NCBI RefSeq assembly: GCF_001194135.2
Contig: NC_068999.1
Location: 22,207,021 to 22,271,020, forward strand
Source of the DNA: Octopus bimaculoides
Lineage: Eukaryota
Length of the DNA stretch: 64,000 nucleotides
Direction of reading: 5' to 3'
The translations under genes were made by a program, and so were the position numbers. Shown here one piece after another: positions 25,081-37,906 of this stretch. Each line of letters begins with the position of its first letter. Positions within the stretch are counted from its first letter, which is position 1. The notes beneath the pieces were generated by a model, which saw nothing but the letters and a program-made list of their open reading frames with translations, was not told the origin of the DNA and did no database searches.

Positions 25081-25345
25081 TTTTCATATTTATTTATTTG
25101 TGCATCATAGACTTACAGCTGTTTCTTATATGAATATTGTGTGCATTTATAAATCTGTTTACTCAACTGGTTGATTGATTGATTGAAATGACCTTAAATG
25201 CTATCTGAAGATGACAGAATTTGTTAAGATGATTCAACTTTTTCATTTGACCAATCAGCCGACTGAGTAAATGAAGTTATGAATGTGTATAAAATGCATA
25301 TCAGAAACAGCTGAAAGTCTACAATGCACAAATAAATATGTAAAA
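25081..25345. repeat. Degenerate foldback (about 100-bp inverted arms)
   Basis: tttatttgtgcatcatagacttacagctgtttct (25090-25126) pairs with agaaacagctgaaagtctacaatgcacaaataaa (25303-25336); weaker pairing extends inward. Confidence 0.7.
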
Positions 25346-28300
25346 TACATTATTTATACCTTTTCTTCTACATCAGTCTGTAGAAGCATATTAACAGAGG
25401 AGGAATGCAACCATGGATTTACAAAGTTGACTGGTGATGGACTTCAACTATAGATTTCGCCTTAGGATTATCTGCAGTTTTATACCAATCAAAAAACCTT
25501 TTGTTAGCCTGGTATATTTGTATTAGCAGAGAGCTTAAGAAATATTTTGCCCAGATTGATAATCCCTCATTAATAATTCTTTATATATGTGTGTGTGTGT
25601 ACATAACATGTAGATACATAGGTGCAGGCAGGATCATGTGGTTAAGAAGCTCCCTTCACAATCATGTGATTTTGAGTTTATGCCTGAAATCACAATATAG
25701 CATCTTCTACTGTAGCCTTTGGAATTTTGTAGACAGAAACTGAGTGAAAGTCCATCATGTGTGTGTGTGTAGTGGTAGCATTTAAAGACAAAAGTATGCT
25801 GATGATTAAAAGTTATTTCCTTTTATTTAATCACAATTCAAACTCTCTCATATATATATGAATAAAAAGAAATTTTTTTTTACTCTTTTGAATATGATGC
25901 CATTAACAACTGTCCAACTTTATTCTATTGTACTTCCTAAATAATATAAATTTCAGCTTCATGCAATCATCAACACTATCAATAATGCAAAACAGATGAT
26001 TATGAGTTAATTTAAGAACATTTAAATCATAGAATGTTTTTCATCAAAATGGAATGTGTTCATTAAAGATCAAGATAAGTAAAATTATGTAGCACTAAGA
26101 CTTAGTAACCTGAAATTTTTTGAAACAGAACTATAAGTTTGATGGTCATATTATTGGGAATTTCTTCCTATTTTTTAGTCACATTATCATACAATTTACT
26201 CTACTTTCTAGATTTCTCTTATTGAATACTCATGTTGATTCATTTCTGAAACTTTCTATCAGATTCAAAAATCTGGAGATTGTGCAGGCTTTTGCAGTAT
26301 CAAATATTTTGCTTTTGATGAATTTCTTCATTATTCTTGTGGTATGTTTCAAGCTATTATTATACTGAAAAATCCATGTCCAGATCAAATTACTTATGGC
26401 ATATTCAAAGCATAGTCTTCTCCAAGATATTCAGAGAGGTTGTACAGTTTATGAAGCTCTTGATTTGATGTATGGACTAAACTCTTGTCTTGACATATAT
26501 ATTTCCAAATCATAACATTGACAACATCCTGCTTAAGTACCGGATTCAAGCACTTGTCCATCAGAACTATACAAACTATATTTTTAACTCATTTGATTAT
26601 ATGATTTTGATTGGTCTGACAAGGTCCAATTCTAAAACTCCTGAGCAAATGTCAGCATTTCAGAGTAATGTAATGGGTTTTTCCATTATGTGCAGCACAT
26701 CTTACAAGCCCAAACTGCTTTAGTTAAGTTTTGATGAAAATGATACCATTCTGCATGTAGTATTTCTTTCTGTCAAACATCATTTAAACTATCAATTGCA
26801 GCAATTTTCCTGTTCTTCATTGATAAACAGTAACTGTATCAGTCTATCATTCTGACAGTTTTCCTTTTTCAGCTGTCAGATTAATGAGCATCAAAATGGC
26901 CACCTGAAGATGACCACAGTATGCTGACCACAGCATGATGAGCAGCAGTTGCAGAACAGTTACAAGTTTAGCAGTTACAGCTTGAAAAATCCACTGCAGC
27001 TTATGCAGTTGGACAATACTCAGTTGTCTCTGATGAAAAGCATTTTCATTTGCTTATCACAATAAATGTTTGGATGATATAATCAAATAGTAATTAATAA
27101 TTTGTCTTCCTGAGATATAATGTTAAATACTCACATTAAAACATTTTCTTTTTCTAAAATGTTCTTAAATTATGTGACATTAATTTTTGTGGCTTTATTA
27201 ATGGCTTTTACAATCAAAATTTTCTTTCTGTTCACATATACTTTGAATCATAAACGATAAACAAAACGGAAATAATGTTCAAGCATTAGTATACATATGT
27301 CTTTAAATTAAGTAATGCCACAATGAGTTTATTGACAAAAAACATAAACATCAATGAAGGTTGTAAACATTGGTATGAAAAACAAAAACTGGTATTCTTT
27401 GAATGAAATCCTTTGTGATATATTTTTTTTAACCATGTTAAAGACACTAAGGTATGCAGTGGACCAGTGACTTGTAACCAACCATATTATTGTTTCCGAA
27501 CTGTGATATAAAATAATATATACAATGTAAATAGACATACACACAGGTACAAATGTGGTAAAGAAGTTAGCTTCCTAATCACATAGTAAATTAGGTATCT
27601 GTCTTTTGTTATCTGCAGATCAATGTTTTGCAATGTAGGTAGAAATGATGTAGTAATCGTTCGTGCGCGCATGTGTGTGTGTGTGTGTGTGTGTGAGTGT
27701 GTCTGTGTGTGTGTTTGAGTTTATGTATATTGGCATAAATATTTAATCAGATTCAAGTCTGTAAAAAGAGAATAATTTTCTGAAATGACAAAATTCTGGA
27801 AAACATGACTATTTGAGAAACAGTGTTTGATAAAAATGAGTGCCACACTCAAGTTGACCAAAACCCTTGATGGCAGTGCCCCAGAATGGTAATTTTTCCA
27901 TTTGCTGAAACCAGTAAAGGAATAAAAGAAAACAAAATGTGAAGCTTCATCATTAGGAGGTAAATAAGAGGGATAATTAGACTGACTGTTCTTCAATAAA
28001 TACTAAACACAACTCCAATAGGCAGCCAAAAATATTCCTAACTATGACTTATATTTGGTGAAATATAATAAAAACAACAAAGATTTTCTGCCAATTACAT
28101 GGAGACAGTGACAAGTGACCAAGACCTTTGGTAATATACTGTGCTTCAGAAGACCTGTTAAGCCAAGTGAGACCATAGTCATGGCTGATGCTGGTGTTTC
28201 ACAACTGGCACCTGTACCAGTGGCATGTAAAACGCAAACACTACACTCTTGGAGTGGTTGGCATAAGGAAGAGCATCCAGCTGTAGGAATTATGCAAAAT

Positions 28301-28700
28301 CAGATTGGAACCTGGTGCAGCACCCCAGCTTACCAGTTCTCAGCATGCAAAACAGATGTTAAATGATGATGATACACTGTTGGCAATAGTAATACCCTAT
28401 CAATTTAAATATTGATAAACATGAGTATCATCCTTATGTTTCCTCTCAAATTCACATCTCATGAGGATCACTAAAATACTAGTTTGAAACCTTGTCATGT
28501 TTCAGAAGCATGATCATTAAAATATAAAATCTCACAGGCACAGGAATGACTGTGTGTTTAAAAAGTTTAGTTCACAGTCATGTCTCAGGTTTGATTCCAC
28601 TGCAAGGCTTTTTTGGGCAAATGCCTTCTATCAATACTATAGCCTTGGTTGGCAATGCTTTGTAAAAAAAATTTTGCAGACATATAATGTATAGAAGAAA

Positions 28701-28704
<4 letters not shown>

Positions 28705-28759
<55 letters not shown>

Positions 28760-28828
28760 NNNNNNNNNNNNNNNNNNNNNNNNNNNNNNNNNNNNNNNNN
28801 NNNNNNNNNNNNNNNNNNNNNNNNNNNN

Positions 28829-28885
<57 letters not shown>
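28705..28885. repeat. (GA)n microsatellite with 69-N gap
   Basis: Direct reading. Confidence 0.95.
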
Positions 28886-28886
<1 letters not shown>

Positions 28887-28889
28887 TGA

Positions 28890-29205
28890 AAAGGAGTGTG
28901 GTTTAGTAGCTAGGGTATCTGACTCATGGTCATCATCATGGATTTGATTGCTGGTGGTGTGTTGTGTCCTTGAGCCAGACACTTCATTTCTCATTGCTTC
29001 AGTTTACTCAGTTGGCAAAAAAAGAGTTGTACCAGAAACTCAAAGGGCCAGTCTTGTCAAACTCTGTGTCATGCTGAATCTTCCTAAAATCTACATTAAG
29101 GTTACACATGTCTATGGATTGCTCAGCCACTTGCATGTTAATTTTATGAACAGACTGTTTGGCTGATTGTATCAACTGAAACAATCGTCATTGTAACGAA
29201 CAGAA
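28890..29205 (+). mobile_element. tRNA-derived SINE (family D-related), old
   Basis: Head gtggtttagtagctagggtatctgactc..., central tgtgtccttgagccagacacttcatttc shared with 37323 copy (tgtgttcttgaacaaaacacttcatttc). Confidence 0.6.
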
Positions 29206-29213
29206 AGTTGACC

Positions 29214-29252
<39 letters not shown>

Positions 29253-30204
29253 CAGATACTACTTAGACATATTTCTGCCATGCACAAACAGAAAAGTCCA
29301 GCAGCTTGGTGGTTCAAGTAAAGAGTGACATCAAGAAGAATATCAAGCTGTAAAATATAGCATCAAGAAATCTTGTCCAATCCATGTTAGCATAGAAGAG
29401 TGGATGAAAAAAAAAATGATGATCACACACACACACTCGTGTGTGTGTGTTTTTGCTTCAATCACTGGACTGCACCCATGCTGGGATGATGTTTCCAATC
29501 CCTGGAGAATTTTCCCCATACTGTTTGATTCTATGGAAAGTGTACGTTTGTTATTGTTTGTATCATTTGTAGAGAGCTCTTATTATTGGAATTGCTTCCA
29601 AGAAAAGTAGAATTGTTTCTACTTTCATTTCCTTCAATGCATTTTGTACTTCTATTTTTAGATACTTATATTCTCATATCATATCAGAATTACTTGATTT
29701 GTTTCCATGTTAGTTTGTTCTGGCATACCCAACAATATTGTGACATTTTCAGAGGTTCTTTTTTTCATGCATTTAAAATTAATTTAATATACTTGTGGAT
29801 TATTTCAGTCTTATAAAATTGATTTTCTCCACACTATATACAAATTATTAACTAAATTAGCCAATACAGGATCAACAAGTTATACAGTAGCTCTGTCTAA
29901 CTTATCTGGTTATATATCCATATAGACACTATTGTTATCATTATCTACATACTATAACAGTAGTATTGACTTATGTGTCTTTTTTTGTCATACTCCAAAC
30001 TATGGTATGAAATCAAAGAAATCTATTTAGAGTTACAACATTTTTCTATTATTCATATTATTTGTAAGACTGATAAATAATTTAAATATTAAAGTATTTT
30101 ATATATATATATATGTATAAATAATAAAGGTGGATTATTCGCAATTTACAACCACAAGGCAGAACTATACATGTCAGCATTGCTAGAAATAAGAGTCAAA
30201 ACAA

Positions 30205-30375
30205 CTCTTAGCCATGTCCGTTTGCTATGCTGGCATGGGTTGGATGGTTTGACAGGGGGTGGCTAGGCAGACTGCACCAGGCTTCACTTTCAGTTTTAGC
30301 AGGGTTTTTAAGGTTGGATGTCCTTTCTAACACCAACCACCTTGCAGAGTGGACTGAACACTTTTTATGTGACAT
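30205..30375 (-). mobile_element. Family E RTE-tailed repeat, old
   Basis: gtccgtttgctatgctggcatgggttggatgg...ggttggatgtcctttctaacaccaaccac matches 5216 copy. Confidence 0.7.
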
Positions 30376-30391
30376 TCACAATATCTATCTA

Positions 30392-30432
<41 letters not shown>

Positions 30433-30769
30433 ATCCTTTTATTTTAGTCTTTTATCAAATATTGGTGAGCAGCTGTGTTTAAAGTTTAGTGTGGTGTGTG
30501 TGTGTGTGTGTGTGTGTGTGTGCATGCGCGCGTGCATGTATAAACACACACATGCAATGAGCTTCTCTACTGTTCCTGTTAACTAAATTTCATTCAAATT
30601 TCAGCTCAGGGTTGTAGCAGAAGATACTTGTCCATATGGTTATGTAGCAAACATTTTGAATATACAATCATGCCTACATCTATAGCTCAGTAGAATGTGG
30701 AAACGACACATATTTGAAAAAATTGAGGCTTGTTGATTTCCAAATGTAATTCAAGGAATTTTATAAATG

Positions 30770-32250
30770 TGTATAGTCAATTGGATGAAAGATGACATAG
30801 CTGTATTAGACAGAAAAATGAGAAAAACTAACTATACATGAAGTGCTAGATCTGAAGGCAAATGCTAGTAGTTTATACATGAAATGGGAAGTGGGAGAGA
30901 GAGAGAGGATTTATTAGCATTTTTGACTATGTGGATAGAGTGCTAAGGTCAATAAGACATTATCTTGCAAAAAAGGTGAAGAGCTACTTAAATATGTTAC
31001 AATAGAATTAAAACCTACTAGTAGATATTTCATCCTACACTCTACAGATTTTGTAATCCAAGAATAAAGAAAGAGAGAGCTTGCTGATGGATAGTTGAGT
31101 TTCTAATTCTGATATCAACCATTTCTACACAAAATCTGCCTTCTACAGTATACTGATAAATACTTTACAGTTGATCTTGGTGTAATGCTTATTCACAAGA
31201 ACTGCAGACTGTTTCTTCTTTAAAAGCAGCAACTAATTCAGTTAGGATCCATTGTTAAAATCTAAAGATTTGTTCCCAAATTTAAGGAGGTATTTTCACC
31301 TCTTTTAAGAGAGCAAATCTTACTTGCCCAGGACTTGACATATGTATACAACTGCAATTACATTCAGAGAGTAATGTAGTTTTTCAGCTTTCAGTTAGTT
31401 TGGAAGTATTGTCTCTCAAAACTTTAACAAACTTACTGACTGTATTATGCATGTTTTAATGATCATCAAAAGAATAGCTCATGAATGAATACATCTAATC
31501 TTGCCCATATTAAGCTTTTATACTGATAAAGTGTTTGTGAAAATATTTAGAAGTATTGCTTCATTTACTTCATTGTTTTATAATCATTCAATCCTACTGA
31601 GATGATGCTTAAAACTACATTGCTTCAATTAACAAGGTTTGGAAAAATACAATGGACAGAAATGCAACAATGCTAACATTGCAATGGAATCAATGTTAGA
31701 AATGTTCCTTGGCTAAGTCTTATTTTATCAACCCTGAAAGGATGAAATACCTCAGCAGAATTTGAACTCAGAACATGAAAGAGGAATGAAATGCTACTAA
31801 GTATTATGCTCGGTGTGCTAACAATTCTACCAGCTTGTTGCTTTCTTTCCAGAATAATATCAGTGTATCAATTTTATGAAAATAGTCTAAAATGGTTAAA
31901 ATGGGATGTGATATGAAAGTCATGGGGCATTAAAAGGAGACTGTAAACAATTATTTTTTGAATCATCTTAATCTCTCATTAGAAGACTAATATCAGACAC
32001 AGCAGTTAGTATGTATGTTATGAGCTACAATCTACTAAAATTACATCAAAATATGACAGAAATAGAAAGGGATTTCAAGCATGTATACTGAGAGAAATCA
32101 AACTAAGAAAATACAAAAGCCTTGAGGATGTAAAAGGAAACTATAGAGCATTTGATTGCAGGAGATTTATAAATAACAGTTGAAAGTAGAACATGAGTTT
32201 ATGTTAAAACCCTAAGGAGATTAAGTAGATCATCTCAATAGATGAAATAA
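30770..32250 (+). mobile_element. Ancient R4/Dong-like LINE remnants (interrupted by a family B SINE at about 31722-31845, minus)
   Basis: NWMKDDIAVLDRKMRK...LKANASSLYMKWEVG (cf. INW...DRKTRK.L...ADV.RLY..R..GGRGL) and later REIKLRKYKSLED...IAGDL (cf. EKI.KYQDL...IVGALG); very decayed, boundaries uncertain. Confidence 0.45.
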
Positions 32251-33603
32251 TTAATCTCTAAGATGATCAGATTTTCCATGAAAGTTGAAGCCCCAAACAC
32301 AAATCATAATTAGTGCAGAGTCTGGTCTATAATTTCAATGCAATTAATAGATGGTTGTAGTAAAGAAACCATATATTCACTCTGTGTAATTAATTTTCAT
32401 ACATATAAAGTAAAAGCTAAAGGTTGTTCATTTATATAACTTCAATAAATTTAAACCAAAAATCTACTCTACAGATTAACAGTACCATAGCTATACAAAT
32501 CGACAAACTGACATGAAGCAAACCATTTATAATGAAAACAAAACGAACCAAAGGAAATAACTCAAGTAGGTGAATGGAAGGAATTTAGATAAGGAGTGAT
32601 GTACTGAATGACATGTAAAAAAAAAAAGTAGAGAGAGAGAGAAAAAAAAGAAAAAATATCTCAGTTAATTGAAAATTGTTCAGTTAAGCATGTGAAATTA
32701 ATTATTAATTTCTTGAAATTATCTCCCTTTTCTTTAAGAGTTGCTAACAAATAACACAAGGTTTTTGTTTTCTTTCTCCAACTAAAAGGGAGGTGTCAAT
32801 TAATTGAGAATTTCATCCATGATCAATTAGATGCCTTGAAATGCGGTTTCCATAATTGTGTAAAATAACAAATGTAAAGTAACAGTTAAGAATATTGATT
32901 AAGCAATATTTAATAATGCATTAGCAGTTGGATAACTATTTTGCTTTGATATAGAGAATGAATGAAAATAAATGTGGATATTTCAGTTAAGACATGAAAC
33001 CATTAGCAAAATAGAGTTAGATGTCTTTTTCAGAGTTAACAGGAAATAAGCTTATCAATGATACAATATCTCCATTATTTACACTGAAGACCTGTACATC
33101 CACATAATACACAGCTGGAAAGACTTGAACTAAAGTCTGATTCTTTGGGTCTCTATAAATACTCCCAGTTTATAGAGTAAAGTATGGTGCCTTGTTGAAT
33201 TGAACTTCATATTATTATTCAATATTTATTTGCATAAATGTTTCACTGTAGTATCTGAAAATTATTTACTGCCTGTATCCTAAGTGACAGCTTACTGTCC
33301 TTCATGTAATTGATTGCCCTAAGGGACTGAAGCCATCCAATCTTATCAAACGGTGTCATAAATAAGAGAAATCCAATGATAGTACGTTGTGAATTTCACT
33401 GTTTACAAGATATTTCATTGATAATCTGCAGTTAAGCTGCAACTATTTAGTACCTATTTCTCAAGAGATCAAAAACCAAATCACCTGATTGCCTTAAGAT
33501 ACTGAGGTATATAATTCATTCCATGGTCAATTTTGTGAAGTGTAAACAAATGCAATCAGCATTGCACCTATTAAAAGAAATATTACAATGTTAAACAGCA
33601 GCT

Positions 33604-33677
33604 GTCTCTGTGGCACAATCGGTTAGCGTGTTCGGCTGTTAACCAAAAGGTTGGTGGTTCAAGCCCACCCAGGGACG
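33604..33677 (+). tRNA. tRNA-Asn-GTT: tRNA-Asn(GTT) gene, likely decaying pseudogene
   Basis: GTCTCTG TG GCAC AATCGGTTA GCGT G TTCGG CTGTTAA CCAAA AGGTT GGTGG TTCAAGC CCACC CAGGGAC G; 74 nt, 70/74 identical to the canonical metazoan tRNA-Asn as recalled; TTTT terminator 9 nt downstream. Mismatches break D-stem and anticodon-stem pairs. Confidence 0.9.
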
Positions 33678-33692
33678 AGCTTAACTTTTATA

Positions 33693-34033
33693 GGCATAGG
33701 AGTGGCTGTGTGGTAAGGAGCTTGCTTACCAACCACATGGTTCCGGGTTCAGTCCCACTGCGTGGCATCTTGGGCAAGTGTCTTCTACTATAGCCTCGGG
33801 TTGACCAAAGCCTTGTGAGTGGATTTGGTAAATGGAAACTGAAAGAAGCCCGTCGTATATATGTATATATATATATATGTGTGTGTGTGTATGTTTGTGT
33901 GTCTGTGTTTGTCCCCAACATCGCTTGACAACCAATGCTGGTGTGTTTACATCCCCGTAACTTAGCGGTTCAGCAAAACAGACCAATAGAATAAGTACTA
34001 GGCTTACAAAGAATAAGTCCTGGGATCGATTTG
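33693..34033 (+). mobile_element. SINE family A, young, 3' tail missing
   Basis: ggcataggagtggctgtgtggtaag...gggttcagtcccactgcgtggcatcttgggcaagtgtc (CORE-like CTTGGGCAAGT)...aataagtcctgggatcgatttg. Confidence 0.88.
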
Positions 34034-35480
34034 AATAAAATAAGGGGTAATGTGATGGGTGTACGTGCAGATGATTGAGGGTTCTCAACTGAAGCTTTGC
34101 TCTTGTCTGGTGGTGAGGTAGTAACTTGTGTGGTAGTTGTTGGAGAATCTCAGTGGAGGGAGTGGTATCAAGAAGCTAAAAGTTAATTTTATTGTTAATT
34201 TACAAGCTGAATTTTCACATGATCTATTCATTTCAGTATTTTGATTATGTGTGAGATGAGGGATGCTAGACTAATTATCCGGTTGTACCCAGCAATACAC
34301 TTCAGCAAACTGCTGAAATGGTTTCCTCTTTCAAAAGCCATTGGAAGTTTTCCAGCATTTAAAAAAACTTTGGAAGATAATACTCAAATATTTTAAATAT
34401 TTTTTTCCAAGACTTCAAGAAAACCACTAGAATATTATCTGGTTTTGGAGCTAAGCCGGTTCTAAGATAATTAATAGAGTCTACTATACATAAGTATTTT
34501 TCACTAGTTACATGGGTGTGTGAGTTATTACTTTCTGTCTGTTAAAGAAAATTTTACTTAGTTGATATCTTTCTTTTTTATAAGACTGCTACACATATCT
34601 GATGAATCAGTAGTGTATGATCCATCTTGACACAGGGGTTTTATAACAAGGCTCTCACAAGCAGAACATAAATATACTGTAGATATATGTATGTCTTTCA
34701 GTTGAAAAGCTAAAATAAATGGCTATTATTTTTTAATTATGTCAATATGCATAGAGTAAAGCTGTTATTCATTTGACAGAAAAAAAATAAAAACTGTCTA
34801 GATTCATAAGATTATTATAAATAATTTCATTCTCTAAGTCAATTTTTAAGGGAGCAAAAATGAAGAACAGATGCTATTTGTTGAAGATCTGAGGTCTTCA
34901 CTTAAGCACTCTAAGATTCATTTTAGACTAATTTGATCATACAGCTTTAACAATATCTATCAAAATCATTATTGTTTATTCTACCATACTTACAGAATAT
35001 CATCAAACACAGCAATACCATTTTAAGCAGTTCTCCATATCACATACACATGCGAGATGAATGCTCGTAACTTAAGGATTGCTCAATGACTTTAATACAG
35101 ATTGCATAAAATAGATCCCTGACAATATGGCAGTTGCAATATGATAACTGTGTGTGTGCACACATGTGTGAATTGTTCTTTTTCTTCTTTTCAAATTCAC
35201 ACTTCAATTATCATTTATAGAGCCAAGTTTTAAAAAAACGGGAAAAAAAACCCATTTTTGTCATGAAATCCATTATGGTATATTTGCAATTAAATCAAAG
35301 ACAACAATTTATTGCAAGCAGTAAACTTAAATACAGTCAAAAAAGATTACATACTTTAGCTAAACATTTGAAACATAACAAGAAAACAATAAAATGAAAA
35401 GAAACTTAAGTTCTCATTTTTGTCTTTTGAAACAAATTTAGACTTTCGAAAAAAAAAAAAAAAAAAAAAGATATGCAATC

Positions 35481-35740
35481 TTCTTTTACTTGTTTCAGTC
35501 ATTTGACTGTGGCCATGCTGGAACACCGCCTTTAGTCGAACAAATTGACACCAGGACTTATTCTTTGTAAGCCTCGTACTTATTGTATCAGTCTCTTTTG
35601 CTAAACTGCTAAGTTATGGGGATGTAAACGCACCAACATCGGTTGTCATGAGATGGTGGGGGAACAAACACTTACATACATACATATATATATATACAGC
35701 AGGCTTCTTTCAGTTTCTGTCTACTAAATCCACTCACACA
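35481..35740 (-). mobile_element. SINE family A, 3' two-thirds
   Basis: ttcttttacttgtttcagtcatttgactgtggccatgctggaacaccgcctttagtcg...tttcagtttctgtctactaaatccactcac. Confidence 0.85.
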
Positions 35741-37322
35741 AGAAGAGTAATATCATTTCTGTTACCTCAGCCAGAAGGTTTACTAAAACTGTTCTTATTC
35801 AGTAAATCTAAAGCCAAACTTTAAAAAAAATTTTTTGTAATAATTAACAGAAGTATTAATCAATAATACAAAGTATTAATTTCTTCGACAACATATGATG
35901 TGCAATCCATAGGCACCATTGCAGGCTTCCCAGTCTTAAGAGGATAGTAACTCAAATAAAAAATGATACAAGGTGAAAGAGACTCTTTAGTCAATGCTCT
36001 GAAATAAAATACACCCAGTACAGCCTGGAGAATGGGTGCTGACGGAAAGGGTATCCACCCATATAAAATGTGCCAAAAATGGAATGCACAATGATCCCAT
36101 AAGCAGCTTCAAGTTTATCTGTCTATGAGGGAAATCACTCCAAATAACTGACACATAGTAGAGACGACAACCTGTCTAGTGCTGGTGTCATGATAGAATG
36201 TACCTATGACATATACAACAGCAAAAGTGGATTGTTTTTCTCTGTTGTTTGGTAGAGAAGATAAAGTGAACCATGACCACAATGACAACCTGTCCATCAA
36301 GCCAACTTATAAAAATGGATGTTGATAATGATGATAACAATGATGATATAAAGACCTTGTATTTCAGAAACAGTTGGGTGTTTAATACTGAGAATTAATG
36401 CATACAAGGAAGTGAACTTGCATCATCCAAGAATTATAACTAGTTCAGGTTTCAATTAACAAAGGCTTTCTTATTTTGCAGATTTTATGAAGCTTTGAAT
36501 AAGCATGCTGACACTTAAAGCTTATCAAACAGATGGCATCTCAAGAAATTTATACTGAACTTATATTTGTTATGAAGAGGGTTCAGCTGTGGAATATTTA
36601 CTCTGATGGTAACGACCTATTAAGTTATTAAAATATTTGTTTCTAAAACAAGAATAAAAAAACTGAAATTTTTAAAAATAAGAAATGAAATCTTTTGAGA
36701 GATTCTTTCTTTCCAGAATATTAGTAATATAAACAAATGGAAACTGATCATCTACGAACTGAACCTGACAAAGGAGACTCGACAAGAACTTATCTCTTCA
36801 ATACTATATTAGTTGATACCAAAGATGCTCACATCAAGAGTTTTAATGTGTTTGACCTTAAACTTAACTCGATCTAAACCACTAAGTTTTGAAAGATAGA
36901 AATAAATTTATTAGATTTTTTTATGTTTTGAATAAGATTTAATGTTTATTTAGGTTAAATTTGATTTATTAGTTTGGCTTCAATTCAAATGAAACATTTA
37001 TGAAAATTTCCATGTAGTATAGGATTATAGTCTTTATAGGGAAATACTTTATTCCAAAAGAGATTATCCCTCTACTTATCAATAATCTTTGAATACAATT
37101 AAAGCAATAAAATTAAATGCTTGCTAACTCTCTCTCTTAAAACAGTCTTATATAGCAAATCAATTATGTATGTAATATGCAATAATTGTCTCTTAGTATA
37201 CAGTAAATCTGCAAATAACAATTAGCAGGTAAATTTTCATATTTAATGTCCATTCAGGATTTGAGTAAACTGTTGGTCACTGTATAATTTGCATAAATAT
37301 GTACATGTATATGTATGTATGT

Positions 37323-37530
37323 GGAGGCACGTGACTTAGTGGTTAGGGTGTCAGCATCATGATCCTAAGATTGTGGTTTCGATTCCTGGACCGGGCGACG
37401 CGTTGTGTTCTTGAACAAAACACTTCATTTCATGTTGCTCCAGTCCACTCAACTGGCAAAAATGAGTAACGCTGCGATGGACTGGCGCCCCGTCCAGCTG
37501 GGGAATACATACGCCATTGAAACTGGCTTT
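37323..37530 (+). mobile_element. tRNA-derived SINE family D
   Basis: ggaggcacgtgacttagtggttaggg (box A)...ggtttcgattcctgg (box B)...gctgcgatggactggcgccccgtccagctgggga; CpG-rich relative to flanks. Confidence 0.75.
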
Positions 37531-37676
37531 AAAAAAAAAGGGTGCATTTATTTATTTATATGTATGTATAGATGCATGCATAAAGCTACGTGTATGTTGA
37601 CTCACTGGCAATATTTTTAAATCTTCAGGCAGAAATACAAGCTAAATACACTTTTTTTTTAATGTTAATTTGCTCT

Positions 37677-37906
37677 TTAACCCTTTAGAATTTGAACTGG
37701 TTCTATCCAGTCCAAATATTCCACCTGTTTTATGTTCAAACCTGTCAAATCCAGCCTCTCACACCTATGCTACAATATCATTCTAAAAGTAAACAATCAT
37801 ATATCATTGAAATCTTGACACTAAAAGATAATACATGATTGATTCAAAACAATGTGAATAAATAAGCAGAACATTTCACAGAGTATTCAGAATGCTAAAG
37901 GGTTAA
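37677..37906 (+). mobile_element. piggyBac-like MITE, complete with TTAA on both sides
   Basis: TTAA-CCCTTTAGaATT...AATGCTAAAGGG-TTAA: terminal inverted repeats and TTAA target duplication visible. Confidence 0.85.

Noticed and set aside
27030-27062. CTGATGA-A-AAGCA...TGCTT hammerhead-like motif
   Set aside because: No GAAA after helix II; likely chance or too decayed to call.
34100-34200. let-7 microRNA gene
   Set aside because: Mature-like 22-mer has 3 or more mismatches and there is no complementary star arm on either side, so no pre-miRNA hairpin.
36702-36890. Plus-strand acceptor-like tract followed by a 46-codon ORF (METDHLRTEPDK...)
   Set aside because: No donor, no homology recognised; expected by chance in 64 kb.
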